Below, piece after piece: positions 12,076-26,910 of a stretch of 64,000 nucleotides of DNA. The position numbers and the translations under genes are program-made. The stretch lies in assembly GCF_006345805.1 (NCBI RefSeq), contig NC_043006.1:43710001-43774000 (forward strand), given 5' to 3'. Position 1 is the first letter of the stretch, and every line of letters begins with the position of its first letter. Below the pieces are notes generated by a model. The model made no database searches, was not told the origin of the DNA, and saw nothing but the letters and a program-made list of their open reading frames with translations. This DNA comes from Octopus sinensis (lineage: Eukaryota).

Positions 12076-13824
12076 AGCACAATGTCTGTTAATAGTAGTA
12101 TGACAGCTTATTGATTAGAGAGAAATTAAAGAAACCAAGAGAAGTCCCTGCTGCAAAGTCCCACCAATTGCACCTCCCATAATCTTTGAATTCTTGGATG
12201 CATATCTAATTATCAAATGATATTCTCAGTGTTGAGTTGATCTTTATCTACGCTTTTCCTCAATAATTAACCTGTTCCAACCTCAGATTTGTTGCAGACC
12301 CAAGTTTTCAACACACAGCTGGTTCTTACTTAATACAGCCCAGCCTTTCTTCTTAGATTCTTCATTCAATAATGTCCGCAAACCAAGTTGAGAGTTCTTC
12401 TGACAGCCCAGCATGGTTCTAGAGTTGAATTATTTAATGAGAATGTCTTTGACATAAGATGTCTTTAAATGAGAATTCAAGGTTCTCTGTGATATTTTGG
12501 AACTGGAATTACTGCATAATTGCATTTCATCATGAAAATTACATGCAGATGCACATGTGAATTAATACATATACATATACATAATACACAAAATTTCTTG
12601 TGTAGTACACACTTAAAAGCTCAGCAGGGAAGATTATTATAAGGGTTCAAATTTGGCGTGAACTCCCATCTCAGTATTACTAACGTGATCCAAAAGTTCA
12701 CACAAATAATGGCCCGGTGAATTTAAAATTCCTTGTCTTACCAGGCATGGCATGCAACAGAACTGTTTTATTCACTTGCAAGCTTTGGGTCAGTCAGGTA
12801 TTTACAAAGATAGATACATACAGAGAGCGGATGAATGAATGTATGCAAGTACTATTATCCTATACTACTATGAATGAATATAATTTATTCTATTTAAAGC
12901 AGATTTAATTGATTGGCAGCTGATATAAAATTTATAAGTTTGGAAGTGATATAATAAGTCAGAAGAAAGAGAAAAAGAAAGAAAGAGAGAGAGAGAGGGG
13001 GGAATGCCAAACTTGTCTATATTGAAAGTAGATTAATATATTTATTTGACAGAAAATTCATTGCAAGCAGAATTCTATAAAAGGAATATCCTCTACCCAC
13101 CAAACCAAGCCAGTAAAGCGACTACTTCTAGCATAAATCGTATACAGACGACCGAACAAAATAACTGTCCCTTTGGTGAATGGGACCAAAGAGAATTGTA
13201 ACTCCCAATTAAAAATCAACAATAAAAGGCCTTTTAAGTCAATAATTATTTAGAACTATATTTTATAAACTATGTTCTTTCCTTTCATTTTCTTTTTTTT
13301 TTTTTATTCTAGAAACCAAAAGCAAAACTTGAAGTAAGATAATGGGTGTAGAATTATTTATGAAATGCTGCAGTCCTTACATAGTTAGCAACAACACCAC
13401 CACTACCACCATGACGAGAGAGAGAGAGAGAGAGAAAGAGAGAGATGGGGTAAACACATGCTTCAAAAGACTATGCCTGCTGTTTTCTATGGGATTTCCA
13501 AAAGAGCCGAATTTAATGATCGAATCAAAACGTTAAGATGCAGAAGCAGATATTATTCAGTTCTTAAATGAATTCATTCTATTTTGGCAGTTTAAAGTAC
13601 CAAACCACATATCCATTTCTGTTCAGTTCTCTTTTGATTGTGTCTTCAAGTACAAAACTGAGGAGAATTTCGATGATTTGCTCTGTAAATGTTGCCTGAG
13701 GCTGCAGCACTGCTGACGGGATACGAGGTACCAGTTTTTAGTCAAGATGCCAACAAACACTTATCTACAACAAAATACGCTGCCACATTATAGAATATCT
13801 TTACCCTGATATTCTTTTGCTCTT

Positions 13825-14205
13825 GTACTAGTTTCAGTCATTGGAATGCGGCCATGCTGGGTCACCACTTGAAGGGTCTACTTGAACTAATTGAACCCAG
13901 TAATTTCTTTTTTCCTTTTAAAGACTGATACTTAAATTATCAGTCCCTTTTTTGCCAAACTCCTAAGTTACAGGGACACAAACAAACCAACACTGGCTGT
14001 CAAGTGGTGGAAGAGGACATGCACATACACACACAACCACATACCACAGGCTTCTTTCAGTTTCTGTTGATTAAATCCACTCATAAAGCTCTGATCAGCA
14101 TGGGGCTTTAGTGGAAAGAATGCTTGCCAAAGGTGCTGTGTAATGAGACTGAACCTGGAACCTTGTGGTTGAGAAGCCAGCTTCTTACCACACAGCCACA
14201 CCTGC
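13825..14205 (-). mobile_element. SINE family A, diverged
   Basis: Reverse-complement tail (GTTTCAGTCATTGGAATGCGGCCATGCTGG) through head (CTTCTTACCACACAGCCAC). Confidence 0.85.
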
Positions 14206-14900
14206 ACCAATGATAGTGGAAAATAATTGTGCGTGTTATGATATTTTGCCTAGCAAATCCCCGAGCGAAGCAACCCCTCGTTCTCACCCTCTGACCACAC
14301 AGCCATGCCTATTCATTTTCGAACAGAATATTAGACTGAGAAGCACCATCAGAGACAATGTAAATTGGTAAATACAATAAACACGGTGAAGAAGGACAGA
14401 AGAGTCAACAAGAAAAATGTTGGTGGGGATAAAAGAAGTTAAACCAACAGAGGAAACAAAGATATTCTAAGAAGCTGTCAGTGAATAAACAAGAGAAGAC
14501 ATTTTCATTCCCTTATTTTTCAGAAACTAATACAATTTATTTCCTTTGTGGATTTATTTTAGTTTCAAGTTAGTCGAGTTTGTATGTGCCGACCCACCAA
14601 CCAATCCTTACCCCCACCCCAAATTAATTGGAGTTGGAACTGAATCTCTGTCTTGGTCTTCAAAGTCAATTATCTGACCAGTCCATCTCCTCTGTAAAGC
14701 TGGATCTAGTGCCTTAAGAAAAGGGTTGATTTGTTTGTATGTTAGTTTGGTTTTACACATAGAAAAATATGATGGAGCGGTAGTTTATAGCAGAATGAGT
14801 ACACAGACAGAATTTCTTCACTAACATCATTAATGCTCTAGAGAAATTTTTTTATTTATTTTCATTGTATAAATTTCAAATGTTAATCCAATTTAAGAAA

Positions 14901-15126
14901 TAATAATAATAATCCTTTCTACTAAAAGTACAAGGCTTGAAATTTGTGGGGGAAGGGGTAGGTCAATCACATTGACCCCAGCACTCAACTGGTACTTAAT
15001 TTATCGAACCCAAAAGTATCAAAGGCAAAGTCGGCCTTGGCGGAATTTGAACTTAAAACTTAGCAACAGACGAAATATGGCTAAGCATTTTGCCCGGCAT
15101 GCTAATGATTCTGCCAGCTCGCTGCT
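14901..15126 (-). mobile_element. SINE family B
   Basis: Reverse-complement tail, central domain (AAAGGCAAAGTCGGCCTTGGCGGAATTTGAACT) and head. Confidence 0.85.
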
Positions 15127-15210
15127 GCAGCAGCAGCAATAATAATAATAACAATAACAATAGGAGGAGGAGGAGGAGGAGAAGAAGAAGATGACGACGA
15201 ACAACAACAA
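15121..15210. repeat. Compound in-phase trinucleotide tract (GCA/ATA/GGA/GAA/GAC/CAA)
   Basis: Directly visible; lies between two family B SINE pieces. Confidence 0.9.
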
Positions 15211-16574
15211 TTCTTTCTAATAAAAGCACAAAGCCTGAAATTTGAGGTAAGGGGACTAGTCGATTACAACGACCCCAGTGTTCCACTGGTGCTTAATAAT
15301 TAAAATAATAATTTTGGAATAAGGTCAGCAATTCTGATGGGAGAGAGAAGTCAATTACATCAACCCCAATATTTGGCTGTTACTTTCTTTTAACTGATTC
15401 CAAAAAGATGAAAGGCTGAGTTCACCTAACATAGGTACAAGGAAATCAAACAGCTGATCAAAACTATCTGCCAGTACTTAACTGGTACTCTATTATCTTG
15501 GCCGTGTATAGAGAGGAGAGATAAGGTTGACATTGATAGGATTTGAATTCAGAATGCAATAGGAGAAGTAAAGAATTCAGTCTAATGCTCTACCATTTTC
15601 TGTTATCCACTGTCCTTAAGGAATAACACCAAATAATAATAAGAAAATAACCTAGAATTATGAAAGGTTTAGAGAAATAACTAATTTGAGGAAGAACTTC
15701 AAGCCATAGAAATTATTCCAAAACTGACCTTGGAGGCCAATGTTGCAATGTGGCTTGTCTGATCCTCTCAAATTATTCGACCATTCCAGCATTGAAAACA
15801 AATGTGAAATGATGATGGTTGTGACAATGGTATTGGCGGTGGCTGTGTACTTACTGAAGTCTTATGTAATCTTTCATGTAATAATGAAATTTTAGCCCCA
15901 GATTTGAGCTCAAGTTTCAAAACTTTAGAGATTGTTTAGGCCTGTTGGCATGAAATAAGAATATATTTTTGAGAAAAGTTCCGCAGAAATATATTTCATA
16001 TTTATTTCATTTTATTTTATTTTATTTTATAATTATTTTTTTTACTATCAAGCTAAACATCATTATATTTTGCATTAAACTATTTTTAAAGTATGGCTTT
16101 ATACATCATCGAGACACACATTTCTATGATTTCTGTGAATTCCAAATGGAAAAGGTCTCAATGCTCCACTCACCTCTGGCAATATAATCTGGTTTTCCTT
16201 TTTTGTCAATTCCGAAACCCCTCTGGGAATGCAGCAGGTGAGGATAGGGGTTAGTTGGGAGGCAGAGGTGACAAAAATGGGAAATAAGATGAGACAAACT
16301 AAGATGGATATGTACATGCGTGTATGTGTGTGTGTGTGCGTGTGCGCGTGTGTACATACATGTGCACACGTGTGAATAGGAAATTTATTTTTCCTCCAAA
16401 AGTAATCAAGTGCCTTAAGTAACAATCACTATTGAAGATTCTTTTACATGGAATCCATTTGTGAAAAACCAAAAACTCTCATAGCTCGCAGGCTACTACT
16501 GCATTTGACTCATGATATACAGTCATATAATTGATGGCTGACGAGAAATCCTCCCTCACACCATCAGCGGCAGT

Positions 16575-16593
16575 ACTACCACTAATTTTATTC

Positions 16594-16669
<76 letters not shown>

Positions 16670-16830
16670 ATATATTATATATATATAATGTATGTATGTA
16701 TGCATATGTACACACAAATATAAATACATGCATACTCACATACCAACATACACACACTGATATATATGTATATGTAAACATACATACAATGTATACAGTT
16801 TATATATATATATATATATATATCATATTA
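16575..16830. repeat. (TA)n-rich microsatellite tract
   Basis: Directly visible. Confidence 0.95.
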
Positions 16831-18035
16831 TATCACGTTAACTCCCCACAAACACACTTTCTATCTCTTCTTTGTCTTCTGGAAAAATCTCCCTGAAACC
16901 ATCAATCCATGAGAAGAGCAAAAAGGACTTCTAAAGTGAACATCCGTAGCAGATTGGCCTCACTACTTAATTTAATGACGTTAATGCCGCAGTGAATGCA
17001 TGCTTGCCAGAATACATAATATGTAGAATTCACCCATAATACTTTGTTAGCTCATAAAATTAACACAGATTTATATGCAGCAATTTTTCTTTGTAAAAAC
17101 TAGGAAAAAATAATGAATATTTAGGGGGAAAAAAAACATCACTGATTAGTACTTTGCATCTATTAGCTTATCTAAATAAAGTTATATTTTCTTTTTTTAA
17201 ACAAAAAGTAAAAAGTTATTTACAATTAAATTTCTATGCTTGCTAAGTTATAAAACAAAAACTGTATCCATACTGTTCTCCCTTATCTTAATGGTATCTA
17301 TCTATCCTTTGCTCTCTACCTCTCATCTGTTGATATTGTTGTTCCTTTGTGTGTATGTGTGTGTTTTTGTTTGCTTTTGTTTTTTGTTTTTTTTTTTCAT
17401 GCTATTGTTTCTCTTCAAAATTCTCTCTTAACCTTTTATCCCGATGCTTTACTTCATTTTACTGCCTCGTTACATTTCAACGTTCATTTATTGAAATCTG
17501 TTTCTTTCATTTTTGGATATTTTATTGTTTTCATTACAATAACCAAATAATCGCTCTTTCTCTTTCTCTCTCTCCTTTTATTTTTTTCTTTATGAATTTA
17601 TTTCAACAAAACTTCTAATCTTGTATGATTAGTCACTGCACAATTTTGCTATTTTCATTTCAAAAGTCATCTGTCCCATAGTCAAGACCTTTAGCGCATT
17701 GCAGTTGCTAATCTACTAATTCTATTTGCACAAAAATAGCCAGTCATTAAAAGCCAGTGAATGCTCATTGCTAAAGTGCTGTTTAATTTTCTAATTAAAC
17801 TCCAATTTAATTGATGAATTAGAACAAAAGCAAAAATAATCTAATTAATTCAAACATTGTTTTCCTTCAATCCATCCCCGCCACCCACCCACTTACCCCA
17901 CTGCCACCATCTTTTTCAATATCATTTTCCTCCTCCATCTAATGATTTTAAATCTATTTCTGGTTCACGTCAAAAGATGGCTACAATTTCCTGATGTTTG
18001 TTGGTAAACTTAAGTTCACCATTAATTTAAAATTG

Positions 18036-18079
<44 letters not shown>

Positions 18080-18394
18080 TTTTTTATTTTATTTTTCTTA
18101 GTTAAACCATTCCTTTATCTTCAAAATTGTTTCTAAATCAGACGCAAATTTCTTTATGTTAGTTTATAATTTGATGTGACAATGTATAGTTTAGTAATTT
18201 CTCTTGTAGTATTTCTTTGGTGCCAGTTATAAAGCAGTTAGGTTAATACTCTTGTCACAAAAATATCTCTTACTACCAACATCTTGCTGTTCAACTTGTG
18301 ATGTGAACAAACAAAATATTCCTTGTGACATTTTTTGTTGGGGAAAATATAGATTATCATGTTACAAACTGTAGAAAATATTGGTTATTGTTTT

Positions 18395-18645
18395 TACTGT
18401 GTGCTTAAAACACTTGTTCTGCAACCATGTGGTGCTGTGCAGTTCAATTCCACTGCACAGCACCTTGCTTGACAATGAGTGTTGGGCTGTTTGATTCCAC
18501 ATAACCTAGCAGTTTGGCAAAAGAGACTGACAGAATAAGTTCAAACTATAAAAAAAGCTGGGGTCAATTTATTCGACTAGACGCCCCAATGTGGTGTCCC
18601 AGCATGGCCACAGTCCAAAGACTGAAACAAGTAGAAAGTAAATGG
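18395..18645 (+). mobile_element. SINE family A, internally deleted and diverged
   Basis: Partial head joined to the tail (CAGCATGGCCACAGTCCAAAGACTGAAACAAGTA). Confidence 0.7.
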
Positions 18646-18777
18646 TATACTTTGATCTTAGGGTTATAAGCAACTCGATTATACATAAATTTCAATTTTC
18701 TTCATTTCTCTCTCTCTACTCTCTCTATCTCTATAAATATATATCTAACTAGGTAGCTATCTCTACTTTCTCTAGAA

Positions 18778-19119
18778 TAAAGGGTAAAGACCCCCTTCAG
18801 TCACTAATGACCATGGGGTTGCACCTAGAAAGTTCCTCTCTGAGGCACAAGTCCATGCAAGGTTATTTATGAAAGACTATCCACCACCCATGCATACCAG
18901 CCTCTCATCTTCCTGCCACTGATGTTGCCCAAGGGAAAGGCAAAGGCCATGATACAGATTGACACCAGTGACATCACAACTCATTTCTACAGCTGAGTGA
19001 ACTGGAACAACATGAAATAAAGTGTCTTGCTCAAGAACACAACATGCAGCCCAGTCCGGGAATCGAACTCACTACCTCATGATTGTGAGCTCGATGCTCT
19101 AACCACTGAGCCATGTGCC
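18778..19119 (-). mobile_element. tRNA-derived SINE with CORE-like domain, near full length
   Basis: The minus strand starts GGCACATGGCTCAGTGGTTAGAGC (A box)...GAGTTCGATTCCC (B box). It continues TGTTCTTGAGCAAGACACTTTA...CAGCTGTAGAAATGAG (CORE-like) and ends in the tail GGGGTCTTTACCCTTTA. Confidence 0.85.
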
Positions 19120-19771
19120 ATCACCAAGAATAACCTAATGCTAAATAGACAAGGCAAAAAAATTCAGTGTCTTTTCCAAGACTACAGCACAGTAACAGTG
19201 GTGGTGGTGAAAGACAAACTTGGAGCCCCTGAGCTGAAAATATCACACTTTATACACAGTCATTTCAGTTTCTCAAAAGCATGGTAAGACTTGAATATGA
19301 TCTATAAAATCAGATGCCGTTCAACATCCACAGAACAAGACATTAATCTTAATTCCTGTTCCAAACCAGTATGCTACTGTATTGTATAAACTCCACTCTT
19401 TTAGAAAGATTCAAAATAACAACATTAGAAAACGAATCCTTATTAATATCAAAACAGTGATATCACTCAAGGTGACAAAATACTATCTATTATTTACAAT
19501 GAGACTTTTCTAGTGAAGCAGTAGCTATCTGTTGCAAAACTGTTTTCACAAATACGCACAGAAAATGCTGTGTGGTTAAGAAGTTCACTTGGCAACCATA
19601 TGGTGTTGGGTTTAAGCCTCACTGCATAGCACCTTCAGTAAATGTCTTCTAGTATAAGCCCAAGCAGATCAATGCTTTGTGAGTTTGGTGATTGAAAACT
19701 GCGTGGAAGCCAATCATTCATATATATATATATACACACACACACATATGTATGTATATATAAATTTCTAC

Positions 19772-19818
<47 letters not shown>

Positions 19819-19819
19819 G

Positions 19820-19970
19820 CACAGGAGTGGCTTTGTGGTAAGTTGCTTGCACATGGTTCAGGGTTCAGTTCTACTGTGTGGCAACTTCAGCAAATGTCTT
19901 CTACTACAGCCTTGGGCCAACCAAAGCCTCATGAGTGCATTTAGTAGACAAAAACTGAAAGAAACCCGTC

Positions 19971-20002
<32 letters not shown>

Positions 20003-20222
20003 TATATATATGCTTGTGTCTCTGTGTTTGCCCCCCTCCCATCATCGCTTGACAACTGATGTTGTTTTGTTTACGTCCCCGTGGCTTGGTGGTTCGGCAA
20101 AGGGGATCAATAGAATAGGTACTAGGCTTACAAAGAATAAGTCCTAGGGTTGATTTGTTTGACTAAAGGCGGTGCTCCAGCATGGGCACAGTCAAATGAC
20201 TGAAGCAAATAAAAGAAAAAAA
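19820..20222 (+). mobile_element. SINE family A, full length (extra head fragment at about 19565-19720, tail fragment at about 20400-20595)
   Basis: Head, (TA)n core and tail match 1871-2271. Confidence 0.9.
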
Positions 20223-20247
20223 GAATATACATACACACATTTATACA

Positions 20248-20313
<66 letters not shown>

Positions 20314-23300
20314 AACACTCACACACACATATATGTAGCTATATTTGTATAAATGTTTGTATGTATGTGTATGTCTTTGTATTTATCCACCTTCACCACC
20401 TCTTAACAGCCAGTGCTTATTCATTGATATCCTTATAGCTTAGTAGTTCTGCAAAAGAAGCTGCCAGAAATAAGTACCAAACTTATTTTAACAAAACGGA
20501 AAAAATTGTATTGGGGGTTGATTTCATCCACTAAACCTTTCAATGCAGTGCTCCAGTATGGCTACAGTCCAACAGCTGAAATGAGTAAGAGGATTAAAAC
20601 ACAACAAAAACTCTTGAGGTAACTGGTTACATGTTTCAACAAGACATTCCAACAAGTGACAGTGAAATGCCAATCCAGTCACAGTCATAACATGTGGAGT
20701 GTCCTTTGACTAATTCAGCTCTAGTTGGGGTGGGGGCAATTAATTTTACATTAATTAGGGCAGTGAATATAGGTATATAGCTAGCCTAGGTAACAAACAT
20801 AGAGCTTAGATGAAATACATTACTACATTTGCATCTCTGAAATATTTCTGTTACTCTTGGTTCTGAAGTCAAATCATAGCAGCATCGACTTGGCTTTCAT
20901 CTTTCTAGAAGTTTGATAAAATAAGCACCAATAATATGTCAGAGATGGAGAACGCATTAAAGTCAATATCAGACTTCCCTAAAAATATTGACATTGTGCC
21001 TTGTCAAAAGAAATACTCATTACGATAATTCTTAATAAAACATCCGCAGGAGAAACATTTTGCAGACAAAAGCATAATGTTTGCCCATTATTTAATAAAA
21101 GCTAAAAACTGACAAAGACTCTTGGTAGAATAAAGGTGTGTGATTAACGATTTTCAATTGGGCAAAAATTATTTTAATGGAGTGGTACAGTCAATTAGAT
21201 TAATTCCTGGTACTTATTTTATTGATCTCATTACACTGTTGCTATTATTTCAGCAACTTTAAACTACAGAGTATTGTGAAACATCTATACTGATGTTCTC
21301 GTGCTTTGACCATCTGTTCCGTTGCAACAAGTTATGACAATAATAATAACAACCGTAATAGCAACATGAACAATAAAATAATAAAAGTGTTCCCATGTTT
21401 TCAAATGGAATCCAATGGTAGAAATTGGATTGTATGGAAAATAAGCAGCAGGGTATATATTTTCTGCGTGTTTATATGGAACAAATCAATCAGGAGTTTT
21501 AGTCGACTGTGTTTCACATTGACTAATCAATACCTACACGTGTGTGTGTGTGCATTTGCACGCACGCATTGTGCATGCATGCTAAGCACTTTTACATGCA
21601 ATGAATGAATTCAGATATCTAACTAGATTTAAGAAATAAATATTTTGCTTTCTTTCTTTGTTCTGACAAGCAGGTAAGCATGTTAGTGTCAGAATACAAA
21701 GCTGGGCAACAGTAATTAACTGTTGATCATATACGGACACAATTAACAAAGGGACATGGAAGATTTCAGGTGAAATTTAGAAGCCAATACAAATGGTGCA
21801 ACTAGAAAATGCATTGTCAAATATTATACAACGTTGCGTGCTTCCAGAGATGGATTTGCAGAAGATAATCTAAATATCCTTCACCTGAAACAAACCCCCT
21901 AATTTATCTCCAAACTAATAGGGGGAGGTGGAGATGAGAACCTAAGCAAAGCAATCCATTTGAGATATTCTGAATGTGACAGAAAGTCAGATTTCATACT
22001 TCATCAAAAAGATATATGTACTCACACACAAAAGCAATCACATAGGGCCTTTATTTTTCTGGAAAGAAACAGGCTGGTATATATTTTCCACAAAACTATC
22101 TGGGTCCAATGAAGTAAGTACCAGTAAGAAACTAAAGGCAATTCAGTCAAATGTCCCTTTCTATAAACATGTTCTCTGTCAACTTAAAAGGGATTCCGAA
22201 GGCCACCCACAACCACCCCCGCCTGTACAGTAACCAATTCCATATTTCTCAGTGATGGAGATGGAAACTGAAGCTGACAATCCGATTGTCTTTTGTAACA
22301 TCTCACATGTAGGAGACAAGTGACAGAATAGGAGATATCAGCCACTAATCGACATTGAACCCAGATCAATAATGCTCTCGAGAGGTCAATACTTCATCCC
22401 ATAATGCACCTCTGACACCCTTCTCACTTGATTTTCAGATAAACATGTTAAAAATATTATGCGAAACTTAATGGGGAAATAGCGAAAAGTTATGAATAAA
22501 TAACAATGTTATTCTAACGAGCAATCAATGACGAAAATAGCTACTGTAATTAAGAAAGCTATTCAAGGGTACTGATCTGTGTGTAGGTTGGGAATAGCAG
22601 GGTAGAAGCAATCATTGTCTGTTTATTTTTAACAACTGGGAGATTTTGCATTTTTATGGAAATATGCTACTTTTCAAATGGACACAACAATGATTTTCAG
22701 TTTTAATGATACAATAATGGCAGATAGCAGCCAGCAGCAGACTGCTGTCATTGCTTCAACTGCCGAAAATTGACAGCTTTACTCAACTATGCAATGGGAC
22801 TTAAAGCTTCTTCAGAAGTATTACTATGTTTAACATTTTCAATAACTTTGGGTATTCTTTATATGAAAGTGAATCACTAAATCTAAGTTAAAACTACCAC
22901 AGATGCTGCTACAGAATACTTAAAAGGTAGTAATACCTCAGTGGAATATTGGAATACATTTGATTTTTCAGTAGATCTAATCCTATTGATTTTTATCCTA
23001 TGTACATCAAGTATTACTGCCTGCAATAAGAGTAAAGCAATTTTTGTTCAGCAAAGAAGTGGTGGGAGTATTACAAAAAAAAACAACAACAACAAAGAAT
23101 GGCATTTGTGAGTCAATATAGTATGTTTTTGGTGAATGGCGCCAATGGGTTTAGCTCTTAATAGCAATTGCTTCACATTGTCAGGATTCTCACAGCTTCC
23201 TACTTCATTTCTCCAAAAGTGTAATAAGGTCTTCAGATCTAAATTATCTTTATGTAATTTAAGTAAAATTCTTACTAAAACGTATCCACCTTCAGTAGTG

Positions 23301-23397
23301 GCACAGCTATTTTGCTAAGTGATGAAAGAAAACAATTATTAAAACATACTTGTCTTAAAAAGCAGAGATTTGGAATGGAGACAGATTCTTGTATTTT

Positions 23398-23795
23398 TTC
23401 TTTTACTTGTTTCAGTCATTTGACTGTGGCCATGCTGGATCACCACCTTTAGTCAAACAAATCAACCCCAAGACATTCTTTGAAAGCCTAGTAGTTATTC
23501 TATCGGTCTCTTTTTGCTGACCCACTAAGTGATGGTGACATAAACATACCAGCATCGGTTGTCAAGTGATGGTGGGGGAACAAACACTGAAACAAATAAC
23601 AAATAACAAATACATACATACATACATACTTAAGACAGGCTTCTTTCAGTTTCTATCTACCAAATCCACTTGCAAGGCTTTGGTCGGCCCAAAGCCATAG
23701 TAGAAGACACTTGCCCAAGGTGCCACACAGTGGGACTGAAACCAGAACCTTGTGGTTGGGAAGGAAGCTTCTTACCACACAGCCATTCCTGCACC
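23398..23795 (-). mobile_element. SINE family A, full length
   Basis: Reverse complement of the family A consensus. Confidence 0.9.
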
Positions 23796-23821
23796 TACAT
23801 GTATAACTACCTGATTCTTGC

Positions 23822-24021
23822 AAATTTTGGTACAATGCCAACAATTTTGGGGGAAGGGTAAGTTGATTATATTGACCCCAGTACTCAACTGGTGCTTATT
23901 TTATCAGCCCCCCAAAAGAAAGTAAGGCAAAGTTGACTTTGGTGGGATTTGAACTCAGAGCTAAAAGAAATGCTGCTAAGTATTTCATTTGACATGCTAA
24001 TGACTTTGGCAGCTCACCACC
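23822..24021 (-). mobile_element. SINE family B
   Basis: Reverse-complement tail, central domain and head (GGCAGCTCACCACC). Confidence 0.8.
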
Positions 24022-25244
24022 TTTGTATACTTAAATCATGATGCCAAAATCTAGCATAAAGCCTTTGATTTATAAGCTGGGCAGGTTAGAGCATTGTTAC
24101 TCATGTGACTTTCTCAAGAATTTTAGTATAAAAAAAACAAAGTATCATGACATTGTGGATATACTGATCAAAATGTCAGCAATCAAGACACAAATGATGC
24201 TTTCAAAAGATGTAAATTTTGTGATACTCAGCCAAGTTTTATAGTATCCAAGATATAATAATTCATAGATCTAGCTAATTTTCAAACTATTCTAAACACC
24301 AATTCTTAACTACAGACATTATCAAATGTGAGAATAATCTAAGAATCCAAGAACAAAAATAAAAGCAAATGTAATGGTCCATGATATACTATTTTTCAAT
24401 TTTTGTTTTTTTTTTGCCTATTGTCTCCTGTTAGCATTCAGCATTGACTGAAGTAATTAGAAAATACTTTATCTTGCAACAACATCTTTTTTTGTAGTAA
24501 GGTTTCAACTCATGACAGCCTAGTTACCAGCTCAGCACATTAAAGTACAAAACCATTTAGTTTCATGGCATGAATTTCCACAAAGAAAATTGATATTTAG
24601 TATCAAGACTTGTGAGATGTTGATACAGTAGAAGTCTAATTGATTAATATTTGAAATGCAACAACAACAACAACAACAAAATGAATATCATCAAAAGTTG
24701 AAGATGTCTATTCTACTATAGCATACATTACTTGACTTACTAAAAAAAAAAAAAAAAAAAATCACTTTAACAACTTTGTAACTAACATAATATATTCACA
24801 AAACAATATCTGTGAAAATGAAACAAACACAATACATTTCATGGAGGGAAAAAAAGTCTTAAAAATAATAATGCCAGCATAGGATTTCTCCTTCTCCTTC
24901 ACACCGGATCTAAATTCAATTTCGGGTTGGAAATGCTGATGAAAGTTTTAATGACTGAATGATGTTAAGTTAACAAAGATCATTCACAGGAAACTAATAG
25001 ATGAGAATTTTGTAGTGAAAACATGAAGTTTTGCAGTATAGGTAGTTAGTATTGTGTGGATGGGCAGCAATTCTAGTGCTGGTAAGACAATAGATCGACA
25101 TAACAATACACCAGATTGAAAACTCATTATCTTCAGCACAGGGAGCTTGAAGAGAAAACCTCACAAAAACAAAGAAAAATAACTAAATGAATAAATGAAC
25201 AAATAATGCGTGTTTAAGGTTATAGAAAACTAACAAAAGCTCTA

Positions 25245-25490
25245 TTAACTCTTTTGATAACAATCCACGCGAGACCTCCCCCAGTTCAGTGAAACAAAAC
25301 CGGCTGTTTTGATGTGTTTGTAGTTAAGTTTAAGCTTTCTATCGTAATTTTATGAAAAGAACCTTTTTGTTAAGTTATGTTCCACACACCGGCTTAATAA
25401 CAACAAGGAAGTTCAGTTATTTTGCTTAAATCCTTCCAAATTGTTGATTATTTTACGAGACAATATGCTCATAAAAGAGCTAAGACAGCA
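25245..25490. mobile_element. Degraded TTAA-ended MITE (piggyBac-like)
   Basis: Starts TTAACTCTTTTGATAACAATCC; internal similarity to 9123-9337. Confidence 0.5.
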
Positions 25491-26724
25491 ACATCCTCTT
25501 TGAAAGATCGCTTATCTAGCTAGTAAAAACCAAAGTTAATTTCACTAATATTGATTTCTTACTTTGGTACAAGGCCGCAATTTTGAATAGAAGGGGGAAG
25601 GGTTACAGTATGTGAATTACAGTCAAGTGTATTGATTTCTGTATGTGGATGGTACTTACTTTATCAACCCCCAGCAGCATTGAACACAAAATACAACAAA
25701 GCTTTTTCATTTAGACCTCCACTATTTCTTCCATCTCACTACCCACTGTTTTATCCAATACTACGTAAGTTAGAACCAGCTCTTACATTAAGACAGAAGC
25801 AGTAAAAGATAAAAATGAATTTGTTTTTAAACATATCTCCTTCCTTTAGTATCAATACGCAAACCTTCTACAGTTTAAAATCAAGAAATCAAGTAAGCAT
25901 TAATTTACTTAAAAATAAAAGTAATAAAAAGCAGTATGAATACACACACACATGTATGTATGTATATACACACACATATATATATGTATGTGTACATGCA
26001 CACACACACATACATACATACATAACATAACATAACATACATACATAAATATGAAATTTTTCCTGGAAAGAAAAAAATTGTACTTCAAATCCACTAGAAG
26101 ATTACAGTGAAAAAGATGAAATTTAATTGATTGAAGTTCGTTACTCATTAAATTAGGTTAATTAAATTGAAAAGAGTGTTTAGGCTTGGAATTGAAAAGA
26201 GATACAGGTTTAAAGAACAAGACTAGGTGTTTAATTCATATTGCTTTAATGTCGATACTTGGGTGTACACACACACACAAGTATGTAAATGAGTGTGTGT
26301 GTGTATGTTTTCTCTTTGAAAGAAACAATTCATTTCAGGTTTTATCTATGCTATGATAAATATTAGGTAGTGCAAAGAATGAAATAAGAATAAAAAATAA
26401 TGTAGAGTAGATAAAAACACAAGTGTTCTATTTGATATTCACTATTTTTTAAGGAGTTGGGGAAGATGTGAAGGAGAATCTTCTTTTGAAAAAAAAAAAA
26501 AGAAAAAAAACCAACAAGGCATGACTGTTTCTGCATATATGTAAACAAAAAAATACATAACCATCAAACCCCCTCCCCCTCCAGCTTCTTTTCTTTTCCT
26601 ATTCAGTCGTGTCTTGTTCTGGAAATATGAAAAACGAATGTAAAGTGATTTCCAATTCAGCTTTTGTGATTGAGCCGTATCATCAAGCTGTAAGATTTAC
26701 TATAGTTTCAAATACAGACATACA

Positions 26725-26910
26725 GCCTAAAATTTGGGGGAGTGGGGTTAGTCACTTACATCACCTAGTACTTGACATGTACTATCAAACCACAGAAGAA
26801 AGAAAAATTAAAGTTAACCTCAGTGGGATTTGAACTCAGAATGTAAAGAGTCAGAACAAATACTGCAAAGCAGTTTTCCAATGCTTTAATGATTCTGCCA
26901 ACACACCACC
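26725..26910 (-). mobile_element. SINE family B, diverged
   Basis: GGGATTTGAACTCAGAATGTAAAGAG...GATTCTGCCAAC. Confidence 0.7.

Noticed and set aside
14265-14285. Helitron terminal motif CCGAGCGAAGC
   Set aside because: No accompanying CTAG end or 5' structure identified.
19030-19119. tRNA gene
   Set aside because: A and B boxes are present, but the sequence continues into a CORE-like SINE body and tail; no complete cloverleaf or acceptor stem.
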